Below are positions 36,224 through 45,312 of a stretch of 64,000 nt of DNA, in pieces (position 1 is the first letter of the stretch; each line of letters begins with the position of its first letter). The notes under the pieces were generated by a model. The model saw only the letters and a program-made list of their open reading frames with translations. It was not told the DNA's origin and made no database searches. The position numbers were made by a program, and so were the translations under genes. This DNA comes from Puia sp. (lineage in GTDB: Bacteria > Bacteroidota > Bacteroidia > Chitinophagales > Chitinophagaceae), in NCBI GenBank assembly GCA_036394375.1, contig DASWFF010000132.1, positions 210,333 to 274,332 on the forward strand, given 5' to 3'.

Positions 36224-37261
36224 TCATTTGGGGGCAAAGGCATTCCATCCCTGCGCAGTAATATCAAAAATATTGCCACCCTTTGTAATGATCTTCTTCC
36301 CTTTTTCCGGCTCTGTCATGTAACCGATCACGCTGATCTGTTCGTTTAGCAGCAATTTATCGTAATCTTCCTGGGGAATGGTGAAGAGCAGCTCATAGTC
36401 TTCTCCTCCGCTCAAAGCGCAGGCAGTCGGGTCCAATTCAAATTTATAGGCGGCATTGCGTGTTTCATCGGCGACGGGGATCTTTTCTTCATAGAGAACG
36501 CAGCCCAATTCGCTTTGGCGGCAGAGATGGAGGATCTCGGAGCTCAGCCCGTCGCTGATGTCCATCATGGCCGTAGGGGAGATCCCTGATTGCTGGAAGA
36601 ATTCGACCTGGTCTTTTCTTGCTTCCGGTTTTAACAGCCGGCCGATGACATATTTCTCCCCTTCCAGGTCGGCCTTGACCTGGGGGCTTTCCAAAAAGAT
36701 CTTCTTTTCCCTTTCCAGGATGATCAGGCCGATATAAGCGGCTCCCAGGTCGCCGGTGCAGCAAAGCAGGTCGCCCTTTTGCGCGGTGCTGCGCTTCACG
36801 AATTTGTCCGGGCTGACTTCCCCGATGGCCGTGACGGAGATAATAAAACCCTTTTGGGAAGAAGCCGTATCTCCGCCTATCAGATCGACCCCATATTTTT
36901 CACAGGCGGCATAGACCCCTTCATAGAACTCATCCAGGGCTTCCACGCTGAAGCGGTTGCTGATGCCCAGGCTGAGCGTGATCTGTGTGGGGATGGCGTT
37001 CATCGCATAGATGTCACTAAGATTGACAACGACCGATTTATAACCCAGGTGTCGGAGGGGGGTATAGACCAGGTCGAAATGAATGCCTTCGATCAACAGA
37101 TCGGTCGTGATCACGGTTTGTTTTCCGAAATGATCGATCACCGCGGCATCATCTCCCACTCCGACGATGGTGGAAGCATTTTGTATCTCGATATTCCTCG
37201 TCAGGTGCTCGATCAGTCCAAATTCCCCGAGGGAAGCTATTTCAGTCCTGTTTTCGTTCAT
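36224..37261 (-). CDS. thiL: Thiamine-monophosphate kinase
   Basis: GVGDDAAVI, DLLIEGIHF, GGDTASS, DISDGL motifs of the PurM-like ThiL family. Confidence 0.9.
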   Translation of the reverse strand: MNENRTEIASLGEFGLIEHLTRNIEIQNASTIVGVGDDAAVIDHFGKQTVITTDLLIEGIHFDLVYTPLRHLGYKSVVVNLSDIYAMNAIPTQITLSLGISNRFSVEALDEFYEGVYAACEKYGVDLIGGDTASSQKGFIISVTAIGEVSPDKFVKRSTAQKGDLLCCTGDLGAAYIGLIILEREKKIFLESPQVKADLEGEKYVIGRLLKPEARKDQVEFFQQSGISPTAMMDISDGLSSEILHLCRQSELGCVLYEEKIPVADETRNAAYKFELDPTACALSGGEDYELLFTIPQEDYDKLLLNEQISVIGYMTEPEKGKKIITKGGNIFDITAQGWNAFAPK

Positions 37262-37272
37262 GGTTGGTTTAA

Positions 37273-38055
37273 TTAAAAAGCATAATGCGGATCACTCACC
37301 ACCTTTACCAATTCATCGTGGATCTTCCCGTTGGTGGCAATGATATGGGGTTGATAGGGAGAATAGCGGTTTCCTGAAAAATCCGATACCCTTCCCCCGG
37401 CTTCTTCCACGATCAGGAAGCCTGCAGCGCTATCCCAGGCCTGGAGTTTATGCTCATAAAACCCGTCAAAGCGGCCGGCGGCTACCCAGCAAAGATCTAT
37501 GGCGGCGGAACCCAGGCGGCGGACAGGAACCCCTTTGCGGATCAGGCGGTCGAAGACATCCAGCGGACCATTGGGCCGGTCCAGGTAGGTATAGGGGAAA
37601 CCCGTTACCAGGCAGGCGCTGCCGACAGCCGTCTCTTTGCTCACCTGTATCTTTTTATCATTCAGCGTGGCGCCAAACCCTTTCTGCGCAAAAAAGAATT
37701 CATTGATGAAGGGGTTGTATACGGCTCCCAGTATTATTTCCCCATCCTGCTCAATACCGATGGATACACAGCAGAGCGGAAGACCATGGGCAAAATTGAC
37801 GGTCCCGTCGATGGGATCGATGATCCATTTGAAGGAGGAGTCCATGACGATCTCCCCGGCTTCCTCGCTCAAAATATAATGCCCCGGGTAATCATTTCTA
37901 ATGATCTCGAAAATAGCTTTTTCCGACGCGTGGTCTGCCTCCGTGACTAAGTTGTTAATGCCTTCCTTGTTGGAAATAGTAAATTCACCCTGAAAGTATT
38001 GCTTCATGACAGCGGCTCCTGCTTCGACCGCCCTGATAAGTGTTGATTTTAGCAT
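37273..38055 (-). CDS. suhB: Inositol monophosphatase family protein
   Basis: LSEEAG, WIIDPIDGTVNFAHG, LGSAAIDLCWVAAGRFD. Confidence 0.9.
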   Translation of the reverse strand: MLKSTLIRAVEAGAAVMKQYFQGEFTISNKEGINNLVTEADHASEKAIFEIIRNDYPGHYILSEEAGEIVMDSSFKWIIDPIDGTVNFAHGLPLCCVSIGIEQDGEIILGAVYNPFINEFFFAQKGFGATLNDKKIQVSKETAVGSACLVTGFPYTYLDRPNGPLDVFDRLIRKGVPVRRLGSAAIDLCWVAAGRFDGFYEHKLQAWDSAAGFLIVEEAGGRVSDFSGNRYSPYQPHIIATNGKIHDELVKVVSDPHYAF

Positions 38056-38128
38056 GCCGCAAAGATAGGGCAGGGCGAATAAGCTCCGAAGGGAAAATTT
38101 CTAAGATGCTGGAAGCCCCAGGCTCCTA

Positions 38129-38410
38129 TTAAGACTTGAACCCCTCGAGCCCTTTTACATAATCCGCCAGCATCTCTTTATTGAGCGTATACCGATGATT
38201 CCGCCCTTCTTTTTCCCCGTCGATCAATCCGCAATCCGTCAGGATCTTTACATGGTGGGAGATAGAAGGTTGCGCCAGGTCTACTACATCCTGCAGATCC
38301 GAGCATTCGCCGCAGCCCCCTTTGTTGGAAAGGAAGTTCAGGATCTTGAGACGATTCATATCCCCCAGGGCCTTTGATATTTTTTCTATTTGTTTGAATG
38401 TTAGTGGCAT
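38129..38410 (-). CDS. ArsR/SmtB family transcriptional regulator
   Basis: 93 aa. LGDMNRLKILNFL...QPSISHHVKIL winged-helix signature, with a CGEC motif in the alpha3 region. Confidence 0.85.
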   Translation of the reverse strand: MPLTFKQIEKISKALGDMNRLKILNFLSNKGGCGECSDLQDVVDLAQPSISHHVKILTDCGLIDGEKEGRNHRYTLNKEMLADYVKGLEGFKS

Positions 38411-38498
38411 AACATTGTATTGATTAATGCAAATCTATCGATTTTTATTTATATGTGCAAGTTTTTACTGTCCCGGCGTGGGTTTTAACGTTTTCTCA

Positions 38499-38555
38499 AC
38501 AGCCGGGAATGGTTGGTTGGACAGCCGGGAGTGGTTGGTTGGCCGCTTGGTTGGG
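38499..38555. repeat. 22-bp tandem direct repeat x2 plus partial third unit (ACAGCCGGGARTGGTTGGTTGG)
   Basis: Units at 38499-38520 and 38521-38542 differ at one position. A partial CCGCTTGGTTGGG follows at 38543-38555. Confidence 0.9.
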
Positions 38556-38557
38556 CC

Positions 38558-38603
38558 AGACGCCTATGGCGTCTTTTGACATTTTGCCTGATCGGGCAAA
38601 ATG
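38558..38603. repeat. Two short GC hairpins of the NNACGCC-NNN-GGCGTNN type
   Basis: AGACGCC-TAT-GGCGTCT followed by TTTT (38558-38577), then CATTTTGCC-TGATCG-GGCAAAATG (38580-38603). Same style as the hairpins at 50291, 50371 and 54294. Confidence 0.7.
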
Positions 38604-38637
38604 GCTTACTTCGTGGGTCCAATAGCCAATAGCAACC

Positions 38638-39816
38638 ATGATCCTGTCTGTTATTATAGTCAATTATAATGTGAAGTATTTCCTGGAACAGTGCCTTTAT
38701 TCTGTGGAAAAAGCTCTGCGGGACCGGCAGACAGAGATCTTTGTCGTGGACAACCATTCCTCGGATGGCAGCCTGGAATATTTGCGGTCTGCTTTTCCCC
38801 GGGTGAAATTTATGGCCAATGAGGAGAACCAGGGTTTTGCCAGGGCCAATAATCAGGCCTTGCGGGAAGCCAGGGGAAAGAATATTTTGTTCCTGAACCC
38901 GGATACGATCCTGCCGGAAGACTTTTTCGGGGTCTGCCTCTCTTTCCTGGCAGCGGAGCCCGGCGCCGGCGCGCTGGGGGTGCGTATGATAGATGGAAGC
39001 GGTCGCTTCCTGAAGGAGTCGCGCCGTGGATTCCCTACCCCCTGGGTGGCTTTTTGCAAATTAATGGGATTGACGGCCCTGTTCCCTCATTCCCGCTTCC
39101 TGGCGAACTATTACCTGGGCCATTTACCTTCCGACCGGAATCATCCGGCGCCTATTTTGTCCGGCGCCTGTTTGTGGGTACGCCGGGAGGCGTTGGACAG
39201 GGCCGGCCCTTTCGACGAACAATTTTTTATGTATGCGGAAGACATCGACCTGAGCCACCGGATTGAACAGGCCGGATATATCAATTACTACCTTGCCGAA
39301 CCTACCATCCTGCATTTTAAGGGGGAGAGCACTCAAAAGGATGCCCGGTATATAAAACTGTTTTATAAAGCGATGAGCCAGTTCCGTCAGAAATATTTCA
39401 GCGGAGGCCTGTCGGCGTTGTTTAATGTCCTGATTGAAAGTGCGATCTGGCTAAGGGCGGGGGTAACGGCTGCGGCCAGTGGGTTTAACCCGGCCCGATG
39501 GCGAATGGGAAAAGACAGGAAAGTTACTCCGGGGGTTTACAGGACCTGGGTGACCGGGGACCCTGATGAGGTGGAGCGACTGGCCGCTGTGTTATCTTCT
39601 GCTGCAGGCAGGGAGCTTGTATCGAACGGGCAGGAGGCGGATGAGATTATTTTTTGTGAGGGGCCGGCTTTTCGCTTCTCAGACTGTATTGAAGCGCTGC
39701 AAAAGATCCGGCGTGGGGTATCCTGCAAGATCCATGCAGCAGGAAGCGGCTCCGCTGCCGGGAGTTATTCGAAAGAGGAGCGGGGGCAGACGATCGTATT
39801 GCCGCAAAAACGCTAA
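38638..39816 (+). CDS. Family 2 glycosyltransferase
   Basis: LSVIIVNYN, VVDNHSSDGS, GFARANN, and DxD-region FLNPDT. A C-terminal ~130 aa region has no recognisable domain. Confidence 0.85.
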   Translation: MILSVIIVNYNVKYFLEQCLYSVEKALRDRQTEIFVVDNHSSDGSLEYLRSAFPRVKFMANEENQGFARANNQALREARGKNILFLNPDTILPEDFFGVCLSFLAAEPGAGALGVRMIDGSGRFLKESRRGFPTPWVAFCKLMGLTALFPHSRFLANYYLGHLPSDRNHPAPILSGACLWVRREALDRAGPFDEQFFMYAEDIDLSHRIEQAGYINYYLAEPTILHFKGESTQKDARYIKLFYKAMSQFRQKYFSGGLSALFNVLIESAIWLRAGVTAAASGFNPARWRMGKDRKVTPGVYRTWVTGDPDEVERLAAVLSSAAGRELVSNGQEADEIIFCEGPAFRFSDCIEALQKIRRGVSCKIHAAGSGSAAGSYSKEERGQTIVLPQKR

Positions 39817-39854
39817 TGATGGGCCTTCAGTCAAGGAGCCTGTGGCTCCTTTTT
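39813..39854 (+). terminator. CTAATGATGG-containing module followed by a terminator hairpin
   Basis: CTAATGATGGGCCTTC (39813-39828) includes the GT2 stop codon TAA (39814-39816). Then AAGGAGCC-TGT-GGCTCCTT followed by TTT (39833-39854). Confidence 0.7.
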
Positions 39855-39887
39855 AATAAATGTAACAAAAATACGCTCCCAAAACCT

Positions 39888-39895
39888 TAATTTTG
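39888..39895 (+). promoter_or_regulatory. Candidate -7 promoter box (TAATTTTG) for the GH3-family gene
   Basis: Exact TAnnTTTG match 29 nt upstream of the ATG at 39924. Confidence 0.4.
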
Positions 39896-39923
39896 GCCGC
39901 AACCAAACAGCACCTGTTACTCA

Positions 39924-41450
39924 ATGGCGTTGATTGAAATTCAATTACCCAAATCGTTGGCAAGAGCGTTACGATTGCCCCAGAAATCTCCACGGCGGCA
40001 ACAGTTAAGGGTATTGAGGAAACTTCTCAAAAAAGCAAGGTTTACTGAATTCGGCCAGCAATACCGGTTCGATGAAATTCTGATGAGCAAGCATCCGGGG
40101 AAAAAATTTCAGGAGATGGTGCCCACCTTTGACTATAGCAAGATCTATGCAAGTTGGTGGGATAAGACCCTGGAGGGTAAATCAGATGTCTGCTGGCCGG
40201 GAAAAATTAAATACTATGCCCTTTCTTCCGGGACTTCGGAAGCGGGCAGTAAATATATTCCCATCACCAATGACCTGTTGCGGGGCAACCGCATTGTCAT
40301 GGTCAAACAATTGCTTACGCTGCGGAACTATCACGATATCCCCGTGAAGAGTATCGGCAAGGGATGGCTGATGATCGGCGGCAGCACCAGTTTGCAAAAG
40401 GGCCCGGGTTATTATTCCGGGGATTTGAGCGGCATTACAGCCAGAAAAGTGCCCTTCTGGTTCCAACCGTTTTATAAACCCGGGAAAAAAATTGCCCGTA
40501 CAACGGACTGGACAAAAAAACTGGAAGAAGTGGTAAGGCTGGCCCCGGAATGGGATATTGGTTTTCTCGTAGGCGTACCCGGCTGGATACAGATGTGTAT
40601 GGAAAAAGTGATCGAGAAATACCAGTTGAACCACATTCATGAGATCTGGCCTAATCTGGGGTTTTTTGTACACGGAGGCGTGTCATTTGAGCCCTATAAG
40701 AAAGGATTTGAGAAATTATTGGGGAAGCCCATTACGTATATCGAGACTTATCTGGCCTCCGAAGGGTTCATCGCGTACCAGGACCTTCAATATTCAAAAG
40801 GAATGCGCCTGGTGACCAACCAGCATATTTTCCTGGAGTTCGTGCCTTTCGATAACAAAAATTTTGACCTGGACGGTAACCTGGTGGAGTCCCCGGAAGC
40901 GTATATGATCCATGAGGTGGAAGAAGGGAAAGACTATGCGGTCCTGCTTAGCACCAGCGCCGGGGCCTGGCGTTACCTGATAGGCGATACCGTGCGTTTT
41001 GTAGATAAAGAGCGTTGCGAGATCATTATTACGGGAAGGACCAAGCATTTTCTCAGCCTGGTAGGGGAGCACCTTAGCGTTGATAATATGAATAAGGCCG
41101 TTCAGCTGGCCAGTGAGGAAATGAATATTTCTCTTCCGGAATTTACCGTAGCCGGCGTTCCCCATGGCCTGTTCTTTGCACATCAATGGTGGTTGGCCAG
41201 TGACGATGCGGTAGACCTGGACGTTCTCCGGCAGAAGATCGATGACAAGCTGAAGGAACTGAATGACGACTACGCTGTGGAAAGAAGTAGCGCATTGAAA
41301 GATATATATGTAACTGTTTTACCGGAAGAGAAATTCATGGAATTTATGCGCCTGAAAGGAAAAATAGGCGGACAGCATAAATTCCCCCGGGTCCTCAAAG
41401 GCAAAATGCTACTTGACTGGCAAAAATTCCTGGATACAGGATGTATTTGA
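39924..41450 (+). CDS. GH3-family (auxin-responsive-promoter-type) acyl-adenylate-forming amido synthetase homologue
   Basis: 508 aa. YYALSSGTSEAGSKYIP (adenylation P-loop-like), FLVGVPGWIQ, YLASEGFIAY, LIGDTVRF. Matches the bacterial GH3 family common in Bacteroidota. Confidence 0.8.
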   Translation: MALIEIQLPKSLARALRLPQKSPRRQQLRVLRKLLKKARFTEFGQQYRFDEILMSKHPGKKFQEMVPTFDYSKIYASWWDKTLEGKSDVCWPGKIKYYALSSGTSEAGSKYIPITNDLLRGNRIVMVKQLLTLRNYHDIPVKSIGKGWLMIGGSTSLQKGPGYYSGDLSGITARKVPFWFQPFYKPGKKIARTTDWTKKLEEVVRLAPEWDIGFLVGVPGWIQMCMEKVIEKYQLNHIHEIWPNLGFFVHGGVSFEPYKKGFEKLLGKPITYIETYLASEGFIAYQDLQYSKGMRLVTNQHIFLEFVPFDNKNFDLDGNLVESPEAYMIHEVEEGKDYAVLLSTSAGAWRYLIGDTVRFVDKERCEIIITGRTKHFLSLVGEHLSVDNMNKAVQLASEEMNISLPEFTVAGVPHGLFFAHQWWLASDDAVDLDVLRQKIDDKLKELNDDYAVERSSALKDIYVTVLPEEKFMEFMRLKGKIGGQHKFPRVLKGKMLLDWQKFLDTGCI

Positions 41451-41471
41451 GTTGGCACAAAAGATATCGTT

Positions 41472-42110
41472 ATGATGGAGGCCGTATTGAAAGGATTGGC
41501 TTTGGGTTTCGTTCTTGCCTTATCGGTGGGGCCTATTATTTTTACCATTATCAAACAAAGCCTTAACAACGGTCATAAAGGAGGCTTTAGTTTTGTTGCG
41601 GGGGTATGGGTCAGCGATATCGTGCTGGTCGTGTTTAGCAATACTCTTACGGAGCTGGTGGCCCAGCTGCTGGAACATACAAAAGCCATCGCCTACGGCG
41701 GCAGCAGTTTCCTCATAGCCATGGGCATTTATTTCGTCTTCTTTAAAAAAGTTCATTTGGCTACGGATGCGGAAGGCAAAGCCGCCCGGTTCCGCAAACG
41801 GGATGTAGCCAGGATCTTTGCCTCGGGGTTTATCATCAATACCCTCAATCCCGGCGTCATCCTTTTCTGGTTGGGAAATGCCACGGTGCTCTCGCTCACC
41901 CACACCCTGCAGGAACGTATTATCATTTTTTCTGTCTGTCTCCTGGTCAATATGGGCGCCGACGTGGGGAAGGTCATGATGGCCGGCAAACTACGGAGCC
42001 GCCTCACGTTACGGGCCCTTTCGATCATTAATAGAATTTCCGGTACGATCCTGATCGGGTTCGGGATCTTTCTTCTCTGGGGAGCCATCTTCTTTGTGAA
42101 GCATAAATAA
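41472..42110 (+). CDS. LysE family translocator (amino-acid exporter-type)
   Basis: 212 aa, six-TM pattern. N-terminal GLALGFVLALSVGPIIF and NPGVILFWLG blocks. Confidence 0.8.
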   Translation: MMEAVLKGLALGFVLALSVGPIIFTIIKQSLNNGHKGGFSFVAGVWVSDIVLVVFSNTLTELVAQLLEHTKAIAYGGSSFLIAMGIYFVFFKKVHLATDAEGKAARFRKRDVARIFASGFIINTLNPGVILFWLGNATVLSLTHTLQERIIIFSVCLLVNMGADVGKVMMAGKLRSRLTLRALSIINRISGTILIGFGIFLLWGAIFFVKHK

Positions 42111-42116
42111 GAAGCC

Positions 42117-42632
42117 ATGTTAAGAAGCATCCTATTCCTTTTTTTCTGTATCCCCTTTTTTACCCAAGCCCAGACGGATGTCCTTATCCTGAAAAAAAGA
42201 GGCATGGAGGTCAGGACGTATACCATTGGTAGCGAACTGATGATGAAGACCATCTATAACCAGTGGTTCCAGGGCAGCATCACCAATATGCGACACGACA
42301 GTATTTTTATCAATGGATTACCTTTTCATTATAAGGAGATTGCGGGCATCCGCACGACGCATCTCAACTTTGGCAATACACTGTTGCCTGGCTTCATGAT
42401 GGTGGTCGGAGGGGGCACCTTTGTGCTGGGGGCGGTGAATGGACTGTACCGGGGAGACAAGTCAAAGGATTGGTACACTACCTCCGGGCTGATCTCCGGC
42501 GGGGTCTTGCTGGTTGGCGGCTACCTGCTTACAAAGACCCGGGTGAAGAATTACCGGATCGGCGGAAAATTCACCCTTGATTACCTGGTCATAGGCCGCG
42601 ACCCGTCCTCCCCGCCCCGGCAGCCCCAATAA
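42117..42632 (+). CDS. Hypothetical membrane protein
   Basis: Signal peptide (FFCIPFFTQAQ), a small soluble domain, then two Gly-rich TM helices. No recognised family. Confidence 0.55.
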   Translation: MLRSILFLFFCIPFFTQAQTDVLILKKRGMEVRTYTIGSELMMKTIYNQWFQGSITNMRHDSIFINGLPFHYKEIAGIRTTHLNFGNTLLPGFMMVVGGGTFVLGAVNGLYRGDKSKDWYTTSGLISGGVLLVGGYLLTKTRVKNYRIGGKFTLDYLVIGRDPSSPPRQPQ

Positions 42633-42717
42633 AAATAGTCAGGCACCCTCCTGCCAATAAAAAGAATGACTCATTCGTTTATAGACTGTCAGTATATTGC
42701 AATGGTAAAACAACTGA

Positions 42718-43419
42718 ATGGCTGTTAACACAAAAGGACTGATTCCCCGGATTTGGCGAGTGCTCAAGCGCGTTCTCATCTTTTTATTTTTCTTCCAGTT
42801 ATTTTATATCCTGTTGTTGAAATGGGTCAACCCTCCGATAACACTCACTCAGTTGGGCAGCGTATTCAAGGGGGAGGGACTCAAGCGTGATTATACGGGG
42901 ATGAAGAATATTTCGCCCTATGCCAAGCTGGCCGTGATCTGTTCGGAGGACCAGTTATTTCCCGATCATGACGGCTTCGATTTCAAGTCCATTGAAAAAG
43001 CGATGAAGCATAACCAGAAGAGTAAGTCCCTTCATGGGGCCAGCACGATCAGCCAGCAGGTAGCGAAGAATGTTTTTCTCTGGCAGGGCAGGAGCTGGAT
43101 CCGCAAAGCCATGGAAATCTATTTTACGTTTATGATCGAGTGGGTATGGGGAAAGAAGCGGATCCTGGAAATGTACCTGAATGTCAGTGAAATGGGGAAA
43201 GGCGTTTATGGCATTGAGGCCGCCGCTCATTATTACTTTAATAAACCGGCTAAAAATCTGTCCCGTCAGGAAGCCTCCCTGATAGCAGCCTGTCTGCCCA
43301 ATCCCAAGGTTTTTACCATCAAACCCTTATCCCGGCATGTGGCAAGCCGTTATCCCTGGATACTGGTACAGATGAGCCACCTGCAGGATGACCCGGACAT
43401 CCAGAAATTATTGCAATGA
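42718..43419 (+). CDS. mtgA: Monofunctional biosynthetic peptidoglycan transglycosylase
   Basis: GT51 motifs EDQLFPDHDGFD, GASTISQQVAKN, RKAMEIYFTFMIE, ILEMYLN. Confidence 0.92.
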   Translation: MAVNTKGLIPRIWRVLKRVLIFLFFFQLFYILLLKWVNPPITLTQLGSVFKGEGLKRDYTGMKNISPYAKLAVICSEDQLFPDHDGFDFKSIEKAMKHNQKSKSLHGASTISQQVAKNVFLWQGRSWIRKAMEIYFTFMIEWVWGKKRILEMYLNVSEMGKGVYGIEAAAHYYFNKPAKNLSRQEASLIAACLPNPKVFTIKPLSRHVASRYPWILVQMSHLQDDPDIQKLLQ

Positions 43420-43471
43420 TCTGCCAAAGCGGGGTCCCGGAATACCGTCCCCGAGGCGCTTTTGCGGCCGA

Positions 43472-44014
43472 TCAGGCAATCAGCTTGTCTACCGCTGCGA
43501 TAGCTCTTTCCAGTCTTTGGCTGGCTTGTCCGCCGACCTCGCTCCAGGGAGTATTTTGATTAATCAGGCAGTCCTTATAGATATGAAATAGTTTTTCCCG
43601 GGTGACGGGATCGGGATATTCGCGCAGTTCATCTGCCGTCCAGGGCAGGTCTGTCCGGCAGAGCAGGTAGCCATCGTATTCCCGCAGGAGGATCTGTTCC
43701 AGGATCCAGGGATCGCATTTCCCGAAAACGAACTCGCTCCATACTTTCATTACATAGAGATCGGTGTCGATGAAGAGGAGAGGAGAAGGGTCCGGCCCCT
43801 GCAGGATCCTGGCTGCCGCGGCATCTTCCAGCGCCAATTGTCCTTTGGCGATGGTCAGGAGGTCTTCGTATTGGTAGGCGGTTCCATGGGTCGTCAGATA
43901 TTCCCGGGCATATTCCGGCACCCAGCCGGTATGATAATGAGCGGCCAGTTGTTCGCAGAGCGTTGATTTGCCGGTTGATTCCGGCCCGATAACGACAATC
44001 TTCTTAAGCGGCAT
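43472..44014 (-). CDS. NadR-type nicotinamide riboside kinase-like AAA ATPase
   Basis: Walker A GPESTGKST. AREYL...FIDTDLYV pattern of the NadR C-terminal RNK domain. Overlaps and follows pnuC. Confidence 0.75.
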   Translation of the reverse strand: MPLKKIVVIGPESTGKSTLCEQLAAHYHTGWVPEYAREYLTTHGTAYQYEDLLTIAKGQLALEDAAAARILQGPDPSPLLFIDTDLYVMKVWSEFVFGKCDPWILEQILLREYDGYLLCRTDLPWTADELREYPDPVTREKLFHIYKDCLINQNTPWSEVGGQASQRLERAIAAVDKLIA

Positions 44015-44639
44015 AGGTCCTTTCTTTTACGCGGCGTCGCCATTCTATTAATCCGAATACGGCCATGATCAATAAGATGAGGTAATATACGCTTGTAAAG
44101 ACATAATGTTTTACGAAGTAAAGGGGGATGGAGGAGAAGTTGGTAGCGATCCACCAATGCCAGCTTTCCACCTTTTTTTTTGCCATCAGCCACATACCTG
44201 TATAAGCGGTTGCGGAGGCAAAGGCATCGGCCCAGGGGATGGCTTGCGGAGCAAAATCTTTTTTCAGATAGGTCAGCGCACAGAAAACGGCGATATAAAA
44301 AGCCCCGAAAAAAGCAAGTTGCAGGAGCCCTTCTTTTCCGGAAGATCGGGTGATCTGCAGGATATGCTGTTGCTGGCGATCTTTTTTGGTCCAGAGGATC
44401 CAGCCGTAGACACTGACGACCGTATAATAGAAATTGACGCTGGCCTCACCCAATAAAGCCATTTTGAAACTGAGATAGATATAAATGATCGTGTTGACCA
44501 GGCCTGTTGGATATACCCAGATATTCTCACTGCGGCTGAACCATACGCTGAGGATACCCGCGAATACGGCTATGAATTCCAGCCAGGAAGTATGTTGTAT
44601 GTCGGTGAAGAACTGGCGGTAGAGTTCGTGTAGGTTCAT
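44004..44639 (-). CDS. pnuC: Nicotinamide riboside transporter PnuC
   Basis: Seven-TM protein. WLEFIAVFAGILSVWFSRSENIWVYPTGLVN and WWIATNFSSIPLYF match PnuC. Confidence 0.88.
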   Translation of the reverse strand: MNLHELYRQFFTDIQHTSWLEFIAVFAGILSVWFSRSENIWVYPTGLVNTIIYIYLSFKMALLGEASVNFYYTVVSVYGWILWTKKDRQQQHILQITRSSGKEGLLQLAFFGAFYIAVFCALTYLKKDFAPQAIPWADAFASATAYTGMWLMAKKKVESWHWWIATNFSSIPLYFVKHYVFTSVYYLILLIMAVFGLIEWRRRVKERTYAA

Positions 44640-45232
44640 TCCGCTTCTGCGACAACTTCTTTTACTTCGGGGATCATGCGCTTCATCATGCCTTCGATAC
44701 CTGCTTTGAGCGTTATCATGGAAGAAGGGCAGCCCGAGCAGGAGCCCTGCAGCATCAGGTTTACCACGCCTTCATTGTAGCTTCTGAACTGTATGGCGCC
44801 TCCGTCCATTTCAACGGCAGGCTTGACATAGTTTTCCAGTAACTCCTTAATGCGTTTTACTACGTCGTCATCGTCCGCGTCGATGGTATTGCCTTCTGTG
44901 CGGGCGGTCACTACGATTTCCTCTTCATTGATAACAGATTTCCCTTCTTCGAGATATTCTTTCAGGAACTGACGGATAGCGGAAATGACATCATTCCAGT
45001 CCGTGTCGGAGGTTTTGGTCAGCGTCACGAAATTGCTGGCGATGAAAACGCTTTTTATAAAGGGGAAACCGAACAACTCGATGGCCAGAGGGGAGGGCCG
45101 GGCTTCTTCCACATCAGGAAAATCGATGCTTTTGCCGGGATACAGTAACTTGTTGGCCACGAATTTCATCGTTTCCGGGTTGGGAGTCATTTCCGTATAG
45201 ATACTGATTACCGGGTTACCTGTTTTGATCAT
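44636..45232 (-). CDS. NifU/Nfu-type Fe-S cluster assembly protein
   Basis: I prefer the start MIKTGNPVISIYTE. Nfu_N domain (TPNPETMKF) plus a NifU C-domain with the CSGCPSS motif. The stop overlaps the pnuC start. Confidence 0.85.
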   Translation of the reverse strand: MIKTGNPVISIYTEMTPNPETMKFVANKLLYPGKSIDFPDVEEARPSPLAIELFGFPFIKSVFIASNFVTLTKTSDTDWNDVISAIRQFLKEYLEEGKSVINEEEIVVTARTEGNTIDADDDDVVKRIKELLENYVKPAVEMDGGAIQFRSYNEGVVNLMLQGSCSGCPSSMITLKAGIEGMMKRMIPEVKEVVAEAE

Positions 45233-45312
45233 AACACACCATTTATAGTACAAAGTTAACAATTCCGGGGGACTGCCCGCTTTTAAAATCGGGAAAATAA
45301 TCCCGGGCCTAC

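Noticed and set aside
37897-37911. TTTCTAATGATCTCG inside the inositol monophosphatase gene, resembling the TTTCTAATGATGA of REP-like locus B.
   Set aside because: It lies in the conserved coding sequence (…EIIRNDYP…) with no flanking hairpins and diverges after 11 nt. It is most likely a chance match.
38499-38555. Tandem 22-bp repeats considered as a CRISPR array.
   Set aside because: The repeats are directly adjacent with no spacers, there are only two and a half units, and no cas genes are present.
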